Assembly (NCBI GenBank): GCA_964344235.1
Contig: CAYFMJ010000001.1
Coordinates: forward strand, 1-64,000
Direction of reading: 5' to 3'
Length of the DNA stretch: 64,000 bases
DNA from: an uncultured Methanosarcinales archaeon
Lineage (GTDB): Archaea > Nanobdellota > Nanobdellia > Woesearchaeales > GW2011-AR9
Below are positions 46,032 through 54,091 of the stretch, one piece after another. The translations under genes and the position numbers were made by a program. The notes under the pieces were generated by a model, which did no database searches, was not told the DNA's origin, and worked only from the letters and a program-made list of their open reading frames with translations. Every line of letters begins with the position of its first letter. Within the stretch, counting starts at the first letter, position 1.

Positions 46032-46847
46032 ATGGCAAAGCGGGTTGAGTCACCATCATCGATTAACACATTTAAGCAATGTAAACGGAAGTACTACTAT
46101 CAATATATTGAGAAGCTTCCTACAGTAAGTAATATCCACCAAGTGCGGGGAAATATTGCACATTCGGTTTTAGAAGATTTTTTTGATGTTGAGGTGGTAG
46201 GGTTCACGCAGGAGAATTATAAGCAGAAGCTCCAGGAAGTTATTCAGAAGTTGTTTGTGTTCAATTGGAATAAGTATAAAGCTCGGTTGGATGCGCTAGA
46301 ATTGGGGAGTGATAAGGAACGGTTTTATTTTGAAGAGACAATGCTAATGTTGTTGAATTGGACAAAGCATTTCATTGTAAGTGTTGAAGAGAGGATGGAA
46401 ATGAAACAATATACGTTCCATCAAGCGTTTGAAGAATTGAAACCAATCAGGGAGAAAGAGTTTAGATCTCAGGAACATTCTGTAAGAGGGTTTATTGATG
46501 CAATTCAACACGTGGATGAACAGGTGCATATTATAGATTATAAAACAAATTCTAAGTTTGATTTCAAAGATAGTATTAAGTTACAATTGGCTATCTATTC
46601 GTTGTTGTATTCGGAATTGCATGGAAAAATGCCAGATAAAGTGGGGATATTTTTTCTGCGTCATAAGTTGAAGATGATGAACGTTGATCCGGATCTGTTA
46701 GAGTTAGCTCGAAGAGAGATAGCAATGGTGCATGGACATACGTCTTCAACAGAAGCGTTAGCAGATTATCCTAGAACAGTTAATGGCCTATGTAAATGGA
46801 AGACGGGACAATGTGATTTCTATGAGCCGTGTCAGCCGCATGGATAA
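46032..46847 (+). CDS. Stand-alone PD-(D/E)XK RecB/Cas4-like nuclease with an Fe-S cysteine set
   Basis: SPSSINTFKQCKRKY, GNIAHSVLE, RGFIDAI, IIDYKT, QLAIY, LCKWKTGQCDFYEPC. Confidence 0.85.
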   Translation: MAKRVESPSSINTFKQCKRKYYYQYIEKLPTVSNIHQVRGNIAHSVLEDFFDVEVVGFTQENYKQKLQEVIQKLFVFNWNKYKARLDALELGSDKERFYFEETMLMLLNWTKHFIVSVEERMEMKQYTFHQAFEELKPIREKEFRSQEHSVRGFIDAIQHVDEQVHIIDYKTNSKFDFKDSIKLQLAIYSLLYSELHGKMPDKVGIFFLRHKLKMMNVDPDLLELARREIAMVHGHTSSTEALADYPRTVNGLCKWKTGQCDFYEPCQPHG

Positions 46848-47720
46848 TTAACTTCCAAGTGCCAGTAAACTCTGTCTGATTATATCTTGATAAATAGTAA
46901 CGTTCTGTAAGACAAATGTTTCGACGGCGGCTCCAACAAGGAGGAAGATTAAGGCAAAGAGGAATAAGTACATATTCAAGCCAAAGACTTCAAAGAACCG
47001 ATGAGATGCGAATTTTTCGAGGATAACATCTTTTGATATTACCGAACCAGAGATGGCGGCGAGGAAATATGAGATGGCTTCCAACATCATGTGAGGGAAG
47101 ACGATTAACATAATTAGGCCGAAGAGAAGGTAAGGATTTTGACCAGAGAACAGTGCAGCGTTTTTGGCAGTGAACCCAAAGATGGTCCCCCAAACAGATG
47201 CGTTCCATGTGATTAAGAAAATTGCACCATCGCCTGTTAGCAAAGCAAGAATGAAACAGGCCATTAACACAAGGAAGTTGTTACTAAGTAAATCGTAAAA
47301 TAAACCGCTGCCCACGATAGCGTTGCCGGCAAAGCCCTGGCCGAGCCTGATTTCTAATTGTTCACGGAATAAGGTGTTTGCTTCAAACGCTGGAAGTAAC
47401 ATTGTGCCAACAGCGTAGACCAGAAGAATGCCGAGAAACATGAAAATGTAAATCCTAATGATGTTAATATCATCTCGCCAGAGGATTCGGAGAGAGATCC
47501 GTTGTTCCATACTTTGCTGTCGTTCTTCAATGGAGAAGATTTTGTATAGTTCGGGTAATAGTAATAACGAGGTGAAGGCAACTGCTACTAAAGCTGGATC
47601 GCCAGGGAATAGAATAGAAGCAAGGAGAATTCCGACAATGGAATAGATAGCTCCAAGAACGAAAGCATACCTCCCTTTCCGTTCTAACCAATTTTCTGGG
47701 AAAATGTGTTCTAAAACCAT
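46848..47720 (-). CDS. SpoIIM-like integral membrane protein
   Basis: LLSNNFLV, PHMMLEAISY, GAAVET. Confidence 0.75.
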   Translation of the reverse strand: MVLEHIFPENWLERKGRYAFVLGAIYSIVGILLASILFPGDPALVAVAFTSLLLLPELYKIFSIEERQQSMEQRISLRILWRDDINIIRIYIFMFLGILLVYAVGTMLLPAFEANTLFREQLEIRLGQGFAGNAIVGSGLFYDLLSNNFLVLMACFILALLTGDGAIFLITWNASVWGTIFGFTAKNAALFSGQNPYLLFGLIMLIVFPHMMLEAISYFLAAISGSVISKDVILEKFASHRFFEVFGLNMYLFLFALIFLLVGAAVETFVLQNVTIYQDIIRQSLLALGS

Positions 47721-47831
47721 TTACTACCTCTTTTTTAGCTAGAAGTAATTAGTTTTGGTTTATATAAGTATTGTTCCGTAACATTTTTAAAATGGAATCT
47801 CTATTTTAGAGAGAATAGGGGGAAAAACCAA

Positions 47832-48380
47832 ATGGCTATTGCAACATGGATTATAGTGGTAATTGTTGTGGTTGTGTTATTTTTAATATACATCTATAAC
47901 AGTTTAATTCGACTACGTGTTCGAGTAAAGAATGCGTGGGCACAGATTGACGTACAGTTAAAGCGGCGGTACGATTTAATTCCAAATTTAGTGAAGACTG
48001 TCAAAGGATACATGAAGCACGAGAAGGGTGTATTAGAAAGTGTTACCAAGGCTCGGACTTCATTGATTAATGGAACAACGCAGGAGAAAGCTGCAGCTTC
48101 CAATCAAATTACAGATGCATTGAAAAGTATCTTTGCAGTTGCGGAGAATTATCCACAACTTAAAGCGAATGAGAATTTCAAACATTTACAGGAAGAGTTA
48201 TCTGGCACGGAAAGTAAGATTGCCTATGCACGCCAGTTTTACAACGATAGTGTCATGCAGTTTAACGAAGCACTGCAAGTTTTCCCGAAGAATGTGTTTG
48301 GAAAGATGTTTGGCTTTACGAACGAAGCGTTCTTTGAAACGAAAGGTAAGCAGCGTGAGAACGTAAAGGTAGAGTTTTAA
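47832..48380 (+). CDS. lemA: LemA family protein
   Basis: YNSLIRLR, AWAQIDVQLKRRYDLIPNLV, AVAENYPQLKANENF, RQFYND. Confidence 0.95.
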   Translation: MAIATWIIVVIVVVVLFLIYIYNSLIRLRVRVKNAWAQIDVQLKRRYDLIPNLVKTVKGYMKHEKGVLESVTKARTSLINGTTQEKAAASNQITDALKSIFAVAENYPQLKANENFKHLQEELSGTESKIAYARQFYNDSVMQFNEALQVFPKNVFGKMFGFTNEAFFETKGKQRENVKVEF

Positions 48381-48395
48381 TTTTTTCTTTGTACT

Positions 48396-49301
48396 ATGAA
48401 AACCAATTTTTATAATGAGATTGCATCGAACAAACGGAGAACATACGTATTAGTATTCTTCTTTTTTGTGTTCATTATATTTATTGGTTTAGTTGGAGGA
48501 GCGTTATATGGCAGTATGTATTCTGGCATTGTGTTAGCTGTGATAATTGGTGTGATTTATTTTCTGTTTAGTTATTATGGTGGAGCGAATGCTATTCTAA
48601 CAATGAGTAAAGCGAAAGAAGCGACGAAACCACAGTATACACATCTGATTAATACAGTTGAGGGATTGGCGATTGCAGCAGGTTTACCAAAGCCACCGAA
48701 AGTGTATGTGATTAATGATAGTGCATTAAACGCATTTGCCACAGGAAGAGATCCAGAACATTCTGCAGTTACTGTAACGACGGGGTTGTTAGCGAAGTTG
48801 AATAAAATTGAATTAGAGGGAGTTATTGCGCATGAAATTTCCCACATTAAGAATTATGATATTCGAGTGATGATGTTGGCTGCTGTGATGGTTGGGTTAA
48901 CTGTATTGTTATCTGATTTTATTTTACGAAGCTTTCTTTGGGGCGGCCATGGTGGACGAAGAGAAAGTGGAGGAGTCGGTGCAGTAATGATAGTTGTGGG
49001 TTTAGCACTGGCGATTTTATCGCCATTAGTTGGGGAAGCGATTAAGTTAGCTATTTCCAGAAAGAGAGAATATTTAGCAGATGCGTCAGGAGCGATGTTA
49101 ACTCGCTATCCAAAGGGGTTAGCGGATGCGTTGCGGAAAATTAGTCAAGATCCTGATCCGTTAGTGGATCATGCGAATAAAGCAACGGCACACTTGTTTA
49201 TCTCTACGCCATTTCGCAAGAAGAGGGGCGGTTTTATGAAGAAGATTTTTTCGACACACCCACCGATTGGAGAGAGGATTCGAAGGTTGGAAGGGATGTA
49301 A
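48396..49301 (+). CDS. htpX: M48 zinc metalloprotease HtpX
   Basis: NAFATG, GVIAHEISH, SRKREYLAD, FSTHPP. Confidence 0.93.
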   Translation: MKTNFYNEIASNKRRTYVLVFFFFVFIIFIGLVGGALYGSMYSGIVLAVIIGVIYFLFSYYGGANAILTMSKAKEATKPQYTHLINTVEGLAIAAGLPKPPKVYVINDSALNAFATGRDPEHSAVTVTTGLLAKLNKIELEGVIAHEISHIKNYDIRVMMLAAVMVGLTVLLSDFILRSFLWGGHGGRRESGGVGAVMIVVGLALAILSPLVGEAIKLAISRKREYLADASGAMLTRYPKGLADALRKISQDPDPLVDHANKATAHLFISTPFRKKRGGFMKKIFSTHPPIGERIRRLEGM

Positions 49302-49353
49302 TGCGTTCTGGAGTAACAATATCTTTATAATTCTGAATTCAACAACTTTTTTG

Positions 49354-50904
49354 ATGGTTACAAAATCTGGTTCTAAAGGAGATGGCGGTTTAGTCGAGGC
49401 CTTCAAGGATTTAAGGACTTCTTTGTTTGTGGAGCGACGAGAAACCGAGAGATTAAAGGGGATTGTTGGAACGAGAGATGGAGAGATACGGAAGTTAACT
49501 GGGCAAGTCGAAGACCTAGAGGCCGAGGTTGCTGGTTACAGAGCACAGTTAGCAGAAGCGCCACCAAAAGATGTGGCTAAACTACAGGAAAGGTTAAGGA
49601 ACCAAGCTGAAAAAATAGAGGGATTGCGTAGCGAGCTTCTTGCTGCAAAGGGTAGAATTTTTGGCTATGAAAAGGAGGTTAAAGGCCTGGAAAAGGAGAG
49701 AGATGATCTTAGAGCTGACTTATTTGCTGCGCAGCAAGGAGGGCCATCAGCTGCATTGATTGAGGAGTTAGAAGCGAGAATCGAATCATATGAAAAGAGA
49801 GAGGAACGGCATGAGGGAAGTGAACGTGCAATCAAAGATTTGACAAATGAGGTTAACAGATTAAATGGAGATTTGGAGAGATATAGAAAGAGAGTTGACG
49901 ATTTAGGCCAAGGGTTGAAGGATAGTAAAAGAGTTATTGGTGAACTTGGAAGTATTGAGGACGAGCAAGCTGCATTACATGATGCAATTGGGGAAAGAGA
50001 TGAAACAATAGCTGCGCTGGAGGCGAGAATTGCTGAATATGAAGCTGCGGGAGGAATAAGGCCAACTGTTGAGGTTGAAGAAGAAAGCGTATTCCCTGAC
50101 TTACGGCTTGAAGGAGAGGATGCATTTGTCTATGATTTAGCACGCTCTTTAATGGAACACTGTGTTGAGACAGGAAGATATAGAGAGGGGGATCTAGTTG
50201 GTTTGGGTATGAATGGAAGTTTTACGTACGTGCCATGGGATACACGGATTGGATTCACGTCACTTGATGACGTAGAGGTGATAGCCCCTTCAGAAAACAC
50301 TTCACCAGGAGAAAAACAAAGAGTATGGGCGGTCTTTCAGGCATACAGAAAAGCAGTAAAAGATTATGGGGGGATTTTTGATATGAGTGGAATTGGCCAA
50401 AGTGATACCGTGCGGGCACCACTAGCATTATTAGCACAGCTTACTTGTATGGGCTCTGGGCCAGCTAAAAAAATAACAAGAGTAATTGAAAGTCTTGGTT
50501 TTTCTGAAGAACTATTGCGAAAGGGCGCAGAAGAATACGATCTCTTTGACCTAGGAAAAAGAGAAACAAGCGTAACACAACGAAGTATCAAAGAAGCGAT
50601 GAATTTAATTTATCCTGTCTTTATGGAGCACCGTGAGAGATTATACCACGAAGTAACTTCATGGAATAATATTTTTAAAAGAGCAGCGTTTTTACGCTAT
50701 TACCCGGAGATACACGAAAGTGTAATCTCACCCCAACGTTGCACTTCCTCTGTGATGACCATGATCAGGGGCGTTATACGTTGGGTTCATTTAATTTTTC
50801 TAAGGTTTTCTCAAATTGTTTTTTTGGTTTCACTGCCATTGGAGAGGAACCGCCATGCCACGTTAAACGAGGCCGCACCTGTACAGGGAAGATTCTTTCG
50901 TTAG
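49354..50904 (+). CDS. Long coiled-coil hypothetical protein
   Basis: ~230 aa of heptad-rich sequence followed by a globular domain; start placed at the ATG at 49354. Confidence 0.65.
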   Translation: MVTKSGSKGDGGLVEAFKDLRTSLFVERRETERLKGIVGTRDGEIRKLTGQVEDLEAEVAGYRAQLAEAPPKDVAKLQERLRNQAEKIEGLRSELLAAKGRIFGYEKEVKGLEKERDDLRADLFAAQQGGPSAALIEELEARIESYEKREERHEGSERAIKDLTNEVNRLNGDLERYRKRVDDLGQGLKDSKRVIGELGSIEDEQAALHDAIGERDETIAALEARIAEYEAAGGIRPTVEVEEESVFPDLRLEGEDAFVYDLARSLMEHCVETGRYREGDLVGLGMNGSFTYVPWDTRIGFTSLDDVEVIAPSENTSPGEKQRVWAVFQAYRKAVKDYGGIFDMSGIGQSDTVRAPLALLAQLTCMGSGPAKKITRVIESLGFSEELLRKGAEEYDLFDLGKRETSVTQRSIKEAMNLIYPVFMEHRERLYHEVTSWNNIFKRAAFLRYYPEIHESVISPQRCTSSVMTMIRGVIRWVHLIFLRFSQIVFLVSLPLERNRHATLNEAAPVQGRFFR

Positions 50905-52123
50905 CATCGTCAAAAATTACTGCTGAGCCTTTCACACGGGGGAGATGATCGATCTCTTGCTCTAAGCCATGACGCATATAACTTTGCGTTAATTGACCAA
51001 GGGCGTCGGTGTCGAGTTTAGCAGTTAGACGATGCGCCAAGACCGTATCTGCTTGTGTCATAACATCAGTATGAATTTTTCCAGGTTGCTGTGATGCTAA
51101 AATGAGAGAAATTCCGGGTTGTCTTCCTTCTCTGAGAATTGTGATTAAAGGATCTGTAGCAGCAGTTTTGCCATCTTTGGGGAGCAGTTCATGCGCTTCA
51201 TCAATTGCAACCCAAACAAGGGGTTCAGTTAACTTAGATTCGTTTTCCTTTGAGAAGTAATGCATCGCAGCGTCGACTGTTTTGAATTCCTCTGTTTTTC
51301 TAGCAAGCATCCTCTGGTTGAATAATGTCCGGCAAATTAAACCCACTACAAGCGCTTTAATTTCCCAGCCAGACGCTTGCGTTGCGTACGGAGAAACGTC
51401 TAAGACAGTTACTTGGCCACCCCGCACAATATCTTTAAGAGGTGTTCCTTTCTCAGAGAAGATTTCCCAGCCTTGTGCTTTTTTGAATTCATTCATCACA
51501 ACACTTCGAACCACAGGGTCACTTTCATGATCGGCATGCACTGTGTTGATGAGAGCTTGCATGGAATAACTTACGCCACGTTTCTTTAGATCCTGAACTA
51601 TTCTCGTGATGAGAACTCCTTCCGCAGAGTTTGGGTCAATGGAAAATGCGGTACACCAATCGTGTGGGCCAACGTCGATAGGTCTTAGAGAAAATGGAAA
51701 ATCCGTAGGGATGCCTTGTTCTTGGTATTTGTGGTAAAATCCTTCTGGAGTGTAAATTTTAACATCAAGTGGTTTTGGTTGTAATCCCCATTTTTGTAAT
51801 AAATCTGCATCTTGATAATTGGGATATTTCATCGTCCAATAAATGCCCATGGTATCGAGAAGGATGATAGAAAGGTTTTGTTTGACTTCTTTTGGAAGAT
51901 CAGCTAAGCCTTCAGCGATAGCGCCCATAGTATAGGATTTTCCGGAACCCCTTTTTCCCACGATGAATGTGACGTGTGCACCGGCGACATCTAGATAAAT
52001 TGGGTTGGATAAAGAAGTGGTTTGGCCCATTTTGACGTATTGCTTGCCAAGAAAGATTGTCCCTTCTTTGCCGAATTTTTGTACATCCTCTTTAGAGCGG
52101 CCAATAATAACATCAAACACCAT
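50774..52123 (-). CDS. HerA/FtsK-superfamily ATPase (DUF87 type)
   Basis: GKRGSGKSYT Walker A, WVAIDEAH Walker B, REGRQPG, SQQP. Confidence 0.85.
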   Translation of the reverse strand: MVFDVIIGRSKEDVQKFGKEGTIFLGKQYVKMGQTTSLSNPIYLDVAGAHVTFIVGKRGSGKSYTMGAIAEGLADLPKEVKQNLSIILLDTMGIYWTMKYPNYQDADLLQKWGLQPKPLDVKIYTPEGFYHKYQEQGIPTDFPFSLRPIDVGPHDWCTAFSIDPNSAEGVLITRIVQDLKKRGVSYSMQALINTVHADHESDPVVRSVVMNEFKKAQGWEIFSEKGTPLKDIVRGGQVTVLDVSPYATQASGWEIKALVVGLICRTLFNQRMLARKTEEFKTVDAAMHYFSKENESKLTEPLVWVAIDEAHELLPKDGKTAATDPLITILREGRQPGISLILASQQPGKIHTDVMTQADTVLAHRLTAKLDTDALGQLTQSYMRHGLEQEIDHLPRVKGSAVIFDDANERIFPVQVRPRLTWHGGSSPMAVKPKKQFEKTLEKLNEPNV

Positions 52124-52183
52124 GGTGAGATGAATAGAAGAGAGGATAAAAAGGTTGTGGTAAGAAAAAATAAAGTAAAAAAA

Positions 52184-53467
52184 TTATAATTTATCGTCAG
52201 TTGCGATGTGTACCCGTACGGGCTGCTTGACTTTGGAACCAGTTCCAACGATGTGTTTGATCTGTAGCTTTTCTGCCAGTTGAGCAAGTTCAGGGTCAAC
52301 TGGGCCGTCTAATGCTAACGCATAGATGCCACCGTTCAAACTTTTAATGGTGCTGTTTAGCTCGCTTAATGGCACCTTACCAAGTACGTTTAACTTCTGA
52401 TCAAAGATACACGCTCCCCGCGTACCAAGCAAATCGTCCATTGTGCTTTTGAGCACTTTCTTCTCTTCTGGGGAGAACGTGGTTCTTGCCGGGGCTGGAC
52501 GAGGTGTCCTTGTTGCTTGAGAAGATCTCTGAAACGTTCTACCGTTTTGACGGCCGTTCTGTGCACGTGGTCGTGGAGCGGGTCTGCGATCTCTGCTCTG
52601 ACGAGCTGGTTCACGAAGCGTTCCGTCATCATTTACACCTAGATCAAGCTTCGCTTGTTCAGCTGTGATTTTACCGCGAAGTGCTTTATGGATTTCTTTC
52701 TTTGTTAGCTCTTCTACTTCTTTTCCATCAGGAGCTTTACAAACGAAATCTAATTCCGCTACGTTAAGTAATTCGCGAATGATTAAATTTCCGCCTCGGT
52801 CTCCATCCACGAAAACAGTTGCTGCTTTCTTTCTGGAAAGCTCCTTAATCGTTTGTGGGCAAGATGTGCCATTCATTGCGATTGCGTTCTTGAAGCCATG
52901 CTTGAGTAACGTTAACACATCTGCTCTACCCTCAACAATGATGATTTCATCTGATTCGTCAATTGCTGGACCTGCTGCAATTCTTTCAGGACCATATTCA
53001 GTAACTTCCATCATCCGCACCGATTGCGCTACTTCGTATGCTAACTCTTGAGAGTCAGGAAGGGTTTCTCGCGTCAGACTTTGCAGAAGTTGTTTTGCCC
53101 TATCAATAACAAATTGCCTCTTGCTTGAACGAACGTCTTCGATTTTTTTAACTTCCACTTTCGCATTACACGGGCCGATTCGTTGGATAACTTCAAGAGC
53201 CGCTGCAACGATTGCTGTTTCTGTTTTGTCAAGAGAACTTGGGATAATGATTTCTCCCTTTGTTTTCCCTGAGCTTGTAGAAACATTTACTTCGATCCTA
53301 CCAATTCTGCCGGATCGTTGTAATTCTCGTAACTCTAAACCTGAGCCGAGAAGACCTTCAGTTTGTCCGAAAACAGCTCCGATGACGTCAGGTCTATCTA
53401 CTATTCCATCAATGGTGATGGTTGATTGAACTATGTATTTTGATGCTACTGGGCTTATTTTTGCCAT
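52184..53467 (-). CDS. dnaG: Archaeal DnaG (TOPRIM primase-like / exosome-associated)
   Basis: VDRPDVIGAVFGQTEGLLG, IIIVEGRADV, FVDGDRGG. Confidence 0.95.
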   Translation of the reverse strand: MAKISPVASKYIVQSTITIDGIVDRPDVIGAVFGQTEGLLGSGLELRELQRSGRIGRIEVNVSTSSGKTKGEIIIPSSLDKTETAIVAAALEVIQRIGPCNAKVEVKKIEDVRSSKRQFVIDRAKQLLQSLTRETLPDSQELAYEVAQSVRMMEVTEYGPERIAAGPAIDESDEIIIVEGRADVLTLLKHGFKNAIAMNGTSCPQTIKELSRKKAATVFVDGDRGGNLIIRELLNVAELDFVCKAPDGKEVEELTKKEIHKALRGKITAEQAKLDLGVNDDGTLREPARQSRDRRPAPRPRAQNGRQNGRTFQRSSQATRTPRPAPARTTFSPEEKKVLKSTMDDLLGTRGACIFDQKLNVLGKVPLSELNSTIKSLNGGIYALALDGPVDPELAQLAEKLQIKHIVGTGSKVKQPVRVHIATDDKL

Positions 53468-53696
53468 TTTTTTGCCTCCAGTTATTATAGAAAAAGCGTA
53501 CCCCTACCTGCAGTGAACTAGTTGTTCGTTATAGTTTGTGAGGTGATAAGCATGCTTTTTCTGTGCAGAAATTGGTCTTCACACTACGTTGTGTTTGTTG
53601 GTGATGGTGTGATTGTGATCCTATTTCTTTAAAAGGCTTGTGCCTTTTCGTTGATGTATTCTTGTCAGGAATACGTGTTTGATTCATGTAAGTATG

Positions 53697-53773
53697 AAGC
53701 CCGAGTCACTAACCCCCAAGTTCATTGAATGCTTTACAGCGAACACTCCCTTAGGTACTCTCGTGTCGGGCTT
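53697..53773 (-). ncRNA. Candidate 77-nt structured RNA or 5' leader element
   Basis: AAGCCCGA/TCGGGCTT terminal stem, inner CCTAAG/CTTGGG, GTTC/GAAC and a GCT-GTAA-AGC GNRA cap; TTTATATA box ~23 nt upstream. Confidence 0.4.
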
Positions 53774-53871
53774 GTAACTCTCGTGTATTCTCTAGTATAT
53801 AAATCTATTGGTAAATTGTTCAAATTTTGTTGGAATTGGGGAGAAATTGTTTTGAATTTCGATTCTAAGTG

Positions 53872-53988
53872 AAAAATGAGGAGGAAGAAACCCCAGCCGG
53901 TTTCGAGAAACCAGCTGAGGACCCACAAAGGAAAGTTCCTTTGGGGCATCCGGTTTGACCCGGATGAAAGAGGTGGTTTTGAGGTGTT
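53872..53988 (-). ncRNA. Candidate ~110-nt four-way-junction RNA
   Basis: Three GC-rich hairpins (53894-53917, 53922-53946, 53947-53966) plus a closing helix; TATA ATTTAAATA at 54011-54019; oligo-T at 53872-53876. Confidence 0.5.
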
Positions 53989-54091
53989 TGCTACTCGAGA
54001 GTAGTGCTCTTATTTAAATCTTTTGTTTGTTTTTACTCACTAGTGACAATAATCAGAAACATTTATATATGATAAGTTGATTGAGAGAGAT

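Noticed and set aside
53530-53688. 52-codon minus-strand ORF (MNQTRIPDK...) upstream of dnaG
   Set aside because: No SD, no motif and low-information composition
53697-53773. Fluoride riboswitch or SRP helix 8 resemblance
   Set aside because: It lacks the paired GAUG/UGAUG elements of the fluoride motif and the CAGG/AGCA symmetric loop of SRP
53926-53940. AGGAAAGTTCC resembling RNase P RNA CR-I
   Set aside because: It lies inside a local hairpin, and no CR-V (ACAnAAnnnnGCTTA) or P4 partner is visible nearby
53914-53970. CTGAGGA...GAAA as a hammerhead ribozyme core
   Set aside because: GAAA does not follow stem II directly, CTG is paired in another helix, and strand asymmetry favours the minus strand
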